DNA from: Catajapyx aquilonaris
Taxonomy: Eukaryota
DNA length: 64,000 bases
Direction of reading: 5' to 3'
Assembly: GCA_000934665.2 (NCBI GenBank)
Contig: JYFJ02001410.1
Coordinates: 1 to 64,000 of the forward strand
The notes under the pieces were generated by a model, which saw only the letters and a list, made by a program, of their open reading frames with translations, was not told the origin of the DNA and did no database searches. Both the position numbers and the translations under genes were made by a program. Below, piece by piece: positions 1 through 12,933 of this stretch; positions within the stretch are counted from its first letter, which is position 1; every line of letters begins with the position of its first letter.

Positions 1-359
1 CCAGTATTTGGAACAGCCATATTTCTGCTCTTCTCCGGGACAAAAGTGCACGGGGGAATTATTATCCCCCAAATAAATGTTCACGTAACGTATCCGAGGC
101 GAAACACGTACTCAAAACTCTGTTTCAGAGAAACACTAGCAGAAATGTCTTACAATCGCAGAAGTTGGTATTGGCCAGCTCGCCCCATGTATAAACATAG
201 GCTCAACACCCCACCCCCTGCCCTCCGTTTCCAAGCGCAAGAACTACCTTAAGAATGAGGTGGTAATATTGTTGTGCCAAAATTTTAGGCAAGCCTGCTG
301 GCACATTGGTATATTCAATTGGTTGGACAATTTTCTAATTTCCTGCATACTCTTTCCAG

Positions 360-3300
360 GACACAGGTGTAAGTGTTCGCAAACGTGTGATAAAAATCCT
401 CAAGGACATCTGCATGGAATGCCCCGAGTTCACCAAGATCCCCGAGATTTGTGTGAAGATGATCCGCCGTGTGAATGATGAAGAGGGCATTCGTAAACTG
501 GTTATGGAGGTGTTCCAAAACATGTGGTTCACACCAGTGAGGGAGAAGCCCCAGCTGGATAGTACAGCTCTCATACGGAAGGTTATGAACATTACCGATG
601 TTGTCGCTGCCTGTAGAGACACAGGACTCGACTGGTTTGAACAGCTTCTTGTCAGTGTGAGTAGCCCCAATATGTTATGTCTTTGAAGCACCTTGATTAT
701 TTTGCAAATTGGAACTGTTAAGCTGCAACCTATTGATTGCTTTTTCTCAGTTATTCAAGCCAAAAGAGGACAAGGAGGACTCCACTAAGGTGTACACAGA
801 ACCACCCAAGTCACTTCTGACTGCATGCAAGCAGATTGTGGACTGCTTGGTGGAAAATGTGTTGCGGTTAGAGGAAGGCTGCTTGAGCAAGGATGACGAT
901 GGCGGGTCCGCCAAGGGAACCTCCCACCGGCTAGTGGCATGCCTTACCACACTCTACCTCTTTGCCAAGATTCGGCCCCAGCTGCTGATCAACCATGCCA
1001 CCACTCTCCAGCCATACCTGAGTGTCCGCTGCCAGACTCAGGCAGATTACCAAACCATAAGCAGTGTGGCCAAGACGCTGGAGCTAGTGGTACCCCTTCT
1101 GGAGCATCCTAGTGAGACTTTCCTGGCACAGCTAGAGGAGGACTCTGTCAAACTCATCCTCCAGCATGACAAGGGTGTGGTCTCAAGCTGCCTATCATGC
1201 CTTGGAGCTGTGGTCAACAATGTGACCCACAACTACAAGCTGATTCACGACTGCTTTAAGAAGTACTTTGGGCAGTTGGTCGAGTACAAGCGGCTGGTGG
1301 AGGAGAAGCCTGATGATCCTCGATTGGTAAAATACAAGCCATACTTCCGGAGATCACTGTACACCGTAGGGCTTGTGCTGAGGCATTTTGACTTCACCAA
1401 AGAGGAGGTCAGACTGGAAGAATCTGTGAGTGGCTAGAGGAAGCACATTTTGCTTCTATTTGGAAAGGGGTCAGTTGTGATGATGCCTGACTTACCTTTG
1501 TTACTTTCCAGCCGGACATTGTGGATCAAGTGTTCCTGATGATGATGTACTTCATCAACCAACCCGACCAGGATACCCAGCGCTTTGCCCTCCAGTCCAT
1601 AGGTTTCATGTGCATTCGTCACTATGACTACATGCTGGGCAACCAGTTGAAGGACTACTACCATTACCTGCTCACTGACGAGTTTGCTGCTGTGCAGCTC
1701 AGGATACAAGTGCTCAACAATATAGAAACTTACCTCCAAGAAGAGGAGCTCAGGATGATTAAGCAGGACCAAGAATGTGAGTGGTCAATCATGATTCTGA
1801 AAATAATGATCTGTCACTTGAAGTGAGGGCATGGCATCATCATGTTTCGTTCTGCTTTTATGCAAAATTGTGATTTTTCAGGGTCTAAGCGGTCGAAGGA
1901 GGAGAACCTGAAGGAAATGGGCGACATATCATCAGGGATGGCCAGCACAGTGGTGCAGCTATATCTAAAGCAAGTGCTGGAGTCATTCCTGAATCCATCA
2001 GTAACTGTCCGGCATGCTGCCTTCAAAGTGATCCAGCTAATCTTGCAGCAAGGGCTGGTGCACCCTGTCCAGATTGTGCCGTACCTATTGTGTATGAGCA
2101 CAGATGTGGAACAGGTGGTTTCACACCCAGCTGACAAACAACTGCAGGACATTGAGAAAAAGTATCCTGGGTTCATCCACATGAAGGTGCTTCCAGGGAT
2201 ACGCCTTTCCTACACTTTGCAGAGGATTCTTCAGGGAGGGGAGGTGGTCAGGGGTCATCGGATTAAGGAGGGTGAGCCACCAGCAGCACTCAATGGGTTT
2301 ATGTACTCCCTCTTGAGAAGCAGCAAGCAGCAGAGAAGGGCCATACAGCTGTCCCTGCTGAGGCAATTTGACGAGCAGGCCAAGACCACTCTCTCATACA
2401 TGCTGTACCTGGCCGACAATCTGGCCTACTTCCCGTACCAGGTGCAGGATGAGCCCCTTTTCATCATACATCACATCGATATACTTGTGTCTGTGTCGGG
2501 GTCCAATCTGCTGCAAGTCTTCAAAGAGGTGTGTAATTGCAGATGCCATTTATGAGGAAGTTAAAGTGCTTTTAAACTAATATAAGTCTGAGCTATAATA
2601 TTGTCATGGAGGTAGTCCTTTGCATACGGTGAACCTTTCTTGTGATTGAACTTGGTCCATTGCGGAAGTTTTGCTTCATCTTGGTGAAGGATTTTTAGTG
2701 TATTTGTGTTTGATATCATCCAAAATGGAAAATATTTGCAGAACAGAGAAACTGGCAACGGATTTCACTGGATTATTAACATCATCCATGCCCCCTAAAG
2801 GCCTAACTCCCAATGGGGTAAAATAAATAAATGAAAAATAAAAATAAATACAAATAAACATATTACAGTACATGTAGCTTGGACTGGACTTCACTTTTGT
2901 TAAGAGGCCTTGGCTATTAGGGTTTCTTTGAGTGAGAAGTTTAAAAATCTAATCAGAATTGATTTCAATTAACAGACTCTGCTACCTCCTGCAAACCACG
3001 CTACTTGCAATGGTCCTGAGACGGAGAAGGTTGCACAGGTGCTGGATGATGATGACGACGATGAAGATCCTGAGTCGATCATGAAGCGGATCCCCACAGA
3101 GACCACAGTGCTAGAGGAATGCATCACTGCTTCTCAGGGATGCCTTTTGCTGCTGGTCTTAAAGCAGCATTTGAAGGATCTTTATGGGATTACTGACACG
3201 TGAGTTGTTTCTACATACTGAAAGGACTTACATCAAATTTTTCCCAGAGTTAACCTTCTACATGTTTCTATTCAGGAAAATATCACAGTACTCACCCTCT

Positions 3301-4250
3301 GAGTCAGGGAAAATCTACGAGAAAGCAATAACTCGGAAGACCAACATGAAATTTGAACCCAAGGGTACTTTGACTACTCTTAGAATGGGCTCTCTATCCT
3401 GTTCCTCTGGGTCCACCAAGAAAGTCCTTGTGGAGCAGTACCTGGATGTAAGTAACATGGTTGCTTGCTGTTGTGACATTTAATTGAGTTTTAGAAGTTT
3501 CCAGCCTTGTTACCGGAACACGTGCTTCTTTTACACAATATGCCTGTGGATTATGAACTACAATCTCATCTTTATTTCACTCTAATTTATAGTTCAAGCA
3601 GCTGATGCTGAGGATCGATCCTGATGAGGAGGAAGAGGATGAAGAGGCGAAGAAACTGCAGCAGCAGCAGCAGCAGATGCAGGCTGCTGGGGTTATGGAT
3701 CCAAACATGGCAGGCGTGGGTGGGGCCCATCCTCCAATCCCCCATCTTCAGATTTCCATGAGGAATTTGCAGCAAGCCAACAATGCAGGGATGGTAGATG
3801 ACCCGGGGGGGCTCAAGCTGGACCACAAGGTGAGAACTGTCTGCCTTGGACTTGGGAAATATGCCTTTTAATATTAAGAGCTATTGTGATGTGTGTTCAT
3901 AAGACATGAGTGTAGCCATGTGTTGTAAATAATAATGGCCTGCAATGGCAATTTGTGAATGAATTTTAGTTTTTAGCTAATGTATGCTATGCCTTGTATA
4001 TTCAAACTGTGTGACCCTCATTACTTTTTGTTTCCAGGATGCCACCATGCCAAAAGTGCCGAAACTGACTATAGTTCCCATAAAGCATTCATCACACACC
4101 ACTTCTCACCACCACCCCCCTCATCGCACTCCCAAAGGGCACAAGGTTGACAAGCACCGTAAGCACAAGCACAAGCGGAAGAAACGGAAGATTCACTCCG
4201 ACGAAGAGGACTCGGGGGACGATTACTCCGACCCAGACTTTCTAGTATGA
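360..4250 (+). CDS. NIPBL: Nipped-B / NIPBL cohesin loader, 3' part (5' exons lie outside the window)
   Basis: Exons by GT-AG and phase continuity: 360-656, 751-1425, 1512-1776, 1882-2528, 2976-3199, 3276-3447, 3593-3829, 4038-4250 (TGA). Peptides DTGVSVRKRVIKILKDIC, LKEMGDISSGMASTVVQLYLKQVLESF, GLVHPVQIVPYLLCMSTD and YLADNLAYFPYQVQDEPLFIIHHID match the NIPBL/Scc2 HEAT-repeat C-terminal region. Confidence 0.97.
3659..3676 (+). repeat. (CAG)6 encoding poly-Gln in a NIPBL C-terminal exon
   Basis: cagcagcagcagcagcag in frame, giving KKLQQQQQQMQ. Confidence 0.9.
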
Positions 4251-7184
4251 GTTGGTGGGGTGAGGGGGACTCATCCCTGAGCGGAAAGACAGCAAAACGC
4301 TGCCAGGCTCAAGCGGGAAAAACAGTGCAGAAGACAATACACACACCAGGTTGTGAGGTACATTTTAAGAAATATTTCCCTGCAATGTTCCTTATTTATC
4401 CAGTTAATTTTTCATGGCTCTCTCTCCCTCCCTCCCCTGTGTTTTAAAGGTCAGTGATCTTTTTAAAAAAATTATTATTATTATTATTACCTCGCACCCA
4501 CCAGCATAAATGAGAGAGTTCAGTCATGAAAGTGCAATTGCAGGTTTTGTAAGTGATCACAATGGTCCTTTTCGAAGAGTGATACACTGTGTATTAATTG
4601 TATCACACGCACATACCCCCTTCCCCCACTTTCCCGAGAGATATTTGCACTTATGAAGTGCAATTGCAACTCTACCAAGTTAATATTGTACAAAGTAGGG
4701 TGTCAGTTTTTTCTTTCTTTTACTTTTATTCTTTTTTTAAAAAAAGCTGTTGTTGGTTGAGGATGTACAAGTTGTACAAAGCTAGGGTCAGATTTTAAAA
4801 CTACCACACCCCCTCTCCTTTCTCACACGCACTATACATAGAAAACGGCAGTTTCGTGGATGTGGTGTTTTGCACATATTGTACATACGGTTTTTTTCTC
4901 TTGTACATATACAGCTGTGTAAAAGCGTACAAGTCAATCCCATTTGGATGCGTGTATTTTTTTCTCATATGACTCTCATGGAGGGTTTATCCAAGGCAGT
5001 GTTAATCTGTATAATTTATAAATACGTACATATTATAATATATATTTAGCCAATGTTATGGCGCTCCCCCGCATTAAAAGAAAGGAAGAAAAAAGATGTA
5101 TTGTGATTTTTATGACATCGCAGGAATTTGCGTACTGTTTTTGGCTTGTGAGGGGAGGGTGGGGATGTAATTGTACAGCTCTCCTTATAATGTTAACTGG
5201 AAAAGATGAAAGAAAAGAGATGGAAATTAATTGAAGAGGTCACATTTTTCTTTTGGAAAAAATGACAAAAAAAAAAAGTTCCCAGTTGGGGAAGGCAAAA
5301 AATACATAAAATACAACTGATAGTGACTCGACTGTTTTTCTTCTCCACGGCAAGCAAGTTGGGTTGAAGAAGTTCACTTTTTATATGTGGAGATTGTTAA
5401 CTTATTTATGTGATGTCCTGATTTGTTTTTAGCGAGAGAATCCATAGAATAAAAATGGTATTTACTTAATACTTTGCGGTAAAAGGAGCACTTGCAATGG
5501 CAGATTTTTAATGATTTTGTGTTTGTTTTTGTTTGTTAGATAATTCCAATTTCACAGGCAGCACTCTACTTTCTCTTCTGTTCAGAACAGAACTCAATGC
5601 TGTTATTTTCAGTAGACTAGAACTACAAGTCACATTCTAGTCATCGCAAAAAAAAGCTCTTCCTCCTCCTATATTATATGTTGTTGTTCATTTATTTATA
5701 GTTCAGTGTTGTTTTCTATTGACGAGCTGGAAGGGTGACTTCCAGGCAAATTGATATTGTGATTTTTTTGTGAACATTTTTTTGAAACTAATTTTTCTAG
5801 CTTGATTAGCTCAATGTGGACTTTTATTGGTTAGCCCTCGATTCTATGCCTTTTTAAAAACATATGCTGGGAATGATTCTGTCTGCCCTGCAGTGATCTC
5901 GACTTGCTCGAGACCAGTAGGATGTGAAAGATGTATTGTAGCAGGCAGTGTACCGTGGATAACCACATAATTTTATGTTTCATTTATATTTCACGGCTTT
6001 TCAAGTGCTGGTAATTTTTTGTACACGTGTACATTTATAATTATTTTTTTTACAATCTGAGAGAGAAGAGAGGAAGAAAAAAATGCATTGTAAACATTTT
6101 AAATATTGTTATCCCAGGGTGGAATGCTGTGTGCTCTATTCCAGTGCGCAGTGTCCGCTTTGTTTTTCATCACCATGCCATCCTCAAAGTATTATAATAA
6201 ATATATATATATTGTGTATAAATATATATATATTATATTTTGTGCTGCGGAAGGGAGAGAAGAATTAGATGTAGTACATTGGAGATATAAGTGACATTAT
6301 ATCAAAACGACCTAGCAATATTTCAGATGTATTTGCAACTTTTGCCAATTATTTTCAGAAATAAATTGCAAAAACATGCATAATTTTAAATACGGATATG
6401 TGCTGATGTGCGTGTCTTTTTGTTTTTTCATTTTATTGTTAAGCAAGCTTTTGGCTGAGTCAGGGGAAGGAACAATATTGTCAAGAGGAGTTGTTAACAC
6501 GTAGAGTAGGACATGGAGGGGTGGAAGGGAGGCAATTTAATTTCAGCACATCAATAGTGTGACTACTGCACAAACATCATGCTTGGTAGTTAAAATATTC
6601 AAGTCATGACTGACGGGAGCACTTGTATGATGCTGAGGCTGAAAACCGTGCATGGGTATACCTGTCTGTCTGACCAGTACCTAGAAGGACCTCATATTCT
6701 TGGTAATTCCGTACGTAAGAGAGTATGCTTTACCTGCTTCTGAAGGTCTACTTGCTGTTATTACAGTAATGGAATATGCGGATGTATGTGTATGCACACT
6801 CTTGGTATGCACCACTGCGACCAGAATTGAGTTTTTAAAAAGACCACCATATGAAATGCTCAAGAACGCATCACGAATGTTGCAAGAATGCCAGATACAT
6901 ATGAACTCCGCTCATAATATTTTATGAAAAATTGCATATTCATTGTAATATGTAGGCTGGTAATTATGAAAATTAATATGCATTTTGGGGCACATTTCTC
7001 GCTCTCGGCTATCAATGAGAATCGTTCCAATAATGATAAAACATTTCCTGCTTACAACAAACCATTATCACGGCAGCCATGGGTCAGCAAAACTATTTAT
7101 CTAATCCAATTTTTGTGCAATAATATTTATTGTATACGTACGCAATATTTCATCAGCAATGGTTCATATACAACCCGCCATGAA

Positions 7185-7260
7185 TATTTGCGCATGCGGC
7201 TAATTTATCAGCGCCACGATTGGCTGACTCAAGTCGTTGGCGTAACCTGATTGGTGTAAA
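7185..7260 (+). promoter_or_regulatory. RtcB proximal promoter motifs
   Basis: TGCGCATGCG (NRF1/Ewg-like) at 7189-7198 and two reverse CCAAT boxes (GATTGG) near 7218 and 7249, about 160-230 nt upstream of the ATG. Confidence 0.4.
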
Positions 7261-7415
7261 TATAGTCCCTGTTGGCTTGAAATGTAACGTGTAAACTTTC
7301 CGATCCGCGCGCCATCTGATGTGGAATTAAAAATCGAAGAAAGTGTTAGTCGAAGTTAGCCGGTGACCCGAGTTCGACGTGTTCTTTTCCTTCTGGTGAC
7401 CTCCTGTGACCTGCG

Positions 7416-9236
<1,821 letters not shown>

Positions 9237-9750
9237 AGTGAAGGCCACGGGTTGCATGGAAGTACGAATGATTTGTGAAGATTTGCCAAATGGACTGAAC
9301 AATGCTGCTAAAGCAGCTGCGAATAAACTGTTGCTTTCGGAACTACATTTCAAAACATGCCTGAAGTTCATCACAAAGTGGATGTTTTCTTTATAGCGAG
9401 TAATATTTTGACATACTTGATGAGACCTGGGCAGAAATGTGTAAATTATTGGACAAAATAGGCCGATTCCTTTACTTAGAAAATGGCCAACAATGTGATG
9501 AACAACTAAAGGCTTGTGACTTCAATACAATTATCTGCTTGAAGTAATAATAAATATGCACATTTAACGACTTGTAAATGGCTGCTGCTCTACAAGTAAT
9601 AAACTGTCACACCCATTAACATTGGGTAGTTTATGATTAAATAATTATGATTTGCGCTTGGTAAAACTGCTGCTGATTTTAAAAAACAATTTGGAAGGTT
9701 AATGTGATGTGTATCGCAGTAAAAATCTACAAGTGATACTAACATTGTAT

Positions 9751-9834
9751 CAATTGAAGGGTCGCCCCGAATAATGTAAGTGATTATTGTAACCCATGTC
9801 ACTTACATCATCATTCGGGGCGACCCTTCAATTG
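9751..9834. repeat. 84-bp inverted repeat (hairpin/MITE-like)
   Basis: CAATTGAAGGGTCGCCCCGAAT (9751-9772) is the perfect reverse complement of 9813-9834. An inner stem pairs ATGTAAGTGA (9774-9783) with TCACTTACAT (9799-9808). Confidence 0.85.
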
Positions 9835-10096
9835 TCAAGCAATGCATTTGAATGAAAAAGGATGAGGAATACATAATTGCATGGGATTTTTATTTATACA
9901 CAAGGTTAGAAACGCTTGTGAGCGTTGATATTTTTGATCACAGGAAGTGAATGCTGACTGGTATGAAAACAACAAAAAAGTCATGCAGCAACACTGAATT
10001 GCAGTACAGGGATTACCAAAAAAGCTGGCACTAAAAATTGCAGTCAGAAGTTTGAGCATTGTCACGCCCCAGCTAAGTTGGAAACGGGAGAAACCT

Positions 10097-10969
10097 TTAC
10101 ATAGCAAAGGTGTCTCGGACAAACTTCTTCAGAGCTGTTCCCACAGATGCGTTGGAAGGACTTGAGGTTACCTGCGGACCATAAAAAAGTGCAGCTCATG
10201 AGTATCAACTGACGTCGATGTTTCTGGTTCTAAATTCAAAATCTGTATTAATTAATTCACCTGTAATTCCCTCACCTTAAACAAATAGGGCTGCACATCA
10301 GGGAAGGAGGTGTCAAAGACCTGGTCGAGATCTGCCTGGTGCGGAGTCTTAGGCACATACTCGCTACGGTTCATAAGTTCCGCGATGTGGAACACCCTAT
10401 CAGAGAGCAGCTCCCCAAGCCTCTCCCTTGAAACCTGCCGCTCATGCTCGTTGTTGAGGTGCAGGAGGTTCAGGCGCACCGTCCAGAGCTCCCAGGGGAT
10501 ATCATCAGGAGCTAGGCTCCACCGCACCTTCTTCCTCTGGTAGAACTCGAGCGAGATCTGGCCGCACCCGCCCGTACCCGTTCCTCCATTGCTACCTGCG
10601 CTGCCTGCTCCCCCACTGTTGTTATTTGCCGAGTTGGCCGACATACCACGGAGGGCCTCCGAGAAAGCAGAGATGCTTGAGCGGAGTGAGTTGGCCAGCG
10701 CAGGGGAGGAGCACCGCACGTAGGTGAGATCCAGGAAGTCGCAGTCCACATCCTCCTGTCCCACTGCTCCGATCACGTAGCTCTCCTGCTGGCGGTAGGT
10801 GAACTTCCCCAAGGTGCGGTAGAACAGGACCGTGTGGAATATTGACCCAACCACTTCCTCAACCTGATGGCCCTCCACTGACTAGAGAAAAGACATATCA
10901 ATGTGACAATTCAATCTGATGACAGGTGCATGTGCTTACGAATTCAAATGTCTGTGTCCTTGCGTTCAT
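10097..10969 (-). CDS. ATG101: Autophagy-related protein 101 (HORMA domain)
   Basis: Exons 10969-10940 (MNARTQTFEF), 10881-10276 and 10171-10097 (ending ALKKFVRDTFAM*). Motifs IFHTVLFYRTLGKF, DVDCDFLDLTYVRC, GQISLEFYQRKK, IPWELWTV and VFDTSFPDVQPYLFK. Confidence 0.95.
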
Positions 10970-11250
10970 ACTGTGACAGACGAGGTAGGGTCCTTTTAAC
11001 AGGACGCTGTTGCGACAACACAATTTATTCGCGCCATCTTGAATCTGCGCGCATGGACGCCGCCATCTTGGATCAGCCATCTCTGGTGGCGCATTCTGCC
11101 GGCCGCTTCGTGAAGTCATTACGAACGAATTGCTTTGTACTTTACTCTAATTACTATTATTGCGACTTGTGACGCTAATTGGAGTTCGTGGTAAGGACTT
11201 GAGTGTGGGGAGAGTTGGCAGAAATAGGCCATTTGGTCCCTAAATATCTC

Positions 11251-11369
11251 GCCAAGGGCCATACCACGTTGAAAGCACCGGTTCTCGTCCGATCCCCGAA
11301 GTTAAGCAACGTCGGGCCCGGGTAGTACTTGGATGGGTGACCGCCTAGGAATGCCGGGTGCACTTGGCC
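11251..11369 (+). rRNA. 5S rRNA gene, copy 1
   Basis: ~119 nt GCCAAGGGCCATACCACGTTGAAAGCACCGGTTCTCGTCCGATC...AGTTAAGC...TAGTACTTGGATGGGTGACCGCC...CTTGGC. The terminal helix pairs (GCCAAG/CTTGGC), internal box A and box C are present, and a T7 run follows. Confidence 0.95.
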
Positions 11370-11373
11370 ACTC

Positions 11374-11380
11374 TTTTTTT
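11374..11380 (+). terminator. RNA polymerase III T-run terminator of 5S copy 1
   Basis: TTTTTTT 5 nt after the 5S 3' end. Confidence 0.85.
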
Positions 11381-11458
11381 CTTCTTTTCTTCCTCTCTTC
11401 CCATGGAGGAAGGTGGCCCTAGGAGAGTGGAGTACCTCCAGAAGAAGCACCCTCTCTC

Positions 11459-11577
11459 GCCAAGGGCCATACCACGTTGAAAGCACCGGTTCTCGTCCGA
11501 TCCCCGAAGTTAAGCAACGTCGGGCCCGGGTAGTACTTGGATGGGTGACCGCCTAGGAATGCCGGGTGCACTTGGCC
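11459..11577 (+). rRNA. 5S rRNA gene, copy 2
   Basis: Identical to copy 1 and 208 bp downstream of it. Confidence 0.95.
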
Positions 11578-11581
11578 ACTC

Positions 11582-11588
11582 TTTTTTT
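11582..11588 (+). terminator. RNA polymerase III T-run terminator of 5S copy 2
   Basis: TTTTTTT just after the 5S 3' end. Confidence 0.85.
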
Positions 11589-12933
11589 CTTCGTTTTTTG
11601 TTTTTTAATTCTTCAAAATATTAGTGTGTACTTCCAGTTGCAGGGTCATATTTGGGTCCTTCCATATGAGAACAGGATGACAGAAGTAATAAATAATGCC
11701 AGTAACTCCAGGAAATATAATCCACCTGGAAATAAAATAGTGACAATATATTCAAGAGAACACACCTTTTAATTGCAATTACAACAATACTTTTTATCCT
11801 TCACATTTGTAATGGGAATAAGATTGGTCCACAAAATAAAAGTCAGCAAGGAATTATAGTTTACGACGTAATGATTGTACTTCAATATTATAATCAGGAG
11901 TTAATTGAAATTATTGTCCTGATCTGACTTCATTTTTTCTTGGTGTATTGGTATAATAATAATGTTTGGATTTGGTGCATTATTTTGCTGGAATAAAAGT
12001 CAAAATTATTGTTTGGTTACAAGATTTAAAAGTCAAATAAAATTTGTCTTCAAGATCAGGACCAGCACGTGATGATTAACATATCCTGTACATTTCCAAA
12101 TATGTTCCACATTTATAACTAAAATCCTGATATTCATGGAAAAAAAAATTGTCATCTGCCTACTGCAATGATGCATTTACCATTGATCCTGACAACTCCA
12201 TGTTAAAAGTACAAAATAAAATATTTTAGCATCCAACATCACAAGTTACTCTCAATACATGCTCAACATCACAAGCACCTTACATTCACATAAACCTATG
12301 CTACCAAATGTGTTATTTGGCACAGCTTAACCCCACATCCGATAGCATCAGATCAGTTGTCAATGATTTATCAATGCGATGCATTTTCGTGAAAATTTCA
12401 ATCCTCCTAATCACGTAGGAAGAAGACCTCTACCCGTACCTTCAATATAAACTCTTCAATTCTCAACAATATTCTCTTCCACAAATTAATTCCTCTCATC
12501 ATAGTAACAAGCTGCAGAAACTAATGTATCTCGGATATGACTAGCACTATGATCGACTAACGGAGTCAAGGAAAGTAAAGATATTTTGTACTGGAAATGG
12601 CTGGAAAAGTAAAAACAGGATATCACAATAGTTGAAAACTGTAACAAGTCTACAAGCCAAACCAGCTCTCAATTCAAGGTTGTTTTGTGAAGATTCATAG
12701 CTGAAGGCATGAACATGTAACAGCCAACACGTAAATCAATAGTTACGTATATGTACTGTACTAACAGTACATTCATCTACGTACCACCTGACAATATTGA
12801 GACTTTAATGTAATGGAGGACCTAAGTATCTTGTTTACATTTAAGAGATTCATTTGAGTAGTCATGATTTTTTTTTTGGTAATGACAAGAATGAACACAA
12901 CGTAAAATGACTAGCATTGTTGCAACACCGCCT

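Noticed and set aside
1434..2366. Antisense ORFs of 81-122 aa over NIPBL (similar ones overlie RtcB, Atg101, ABTB1 and Artemis)
   Set aside because: These are shadow frames of real coding exons, with no motifs or splice model of their own.
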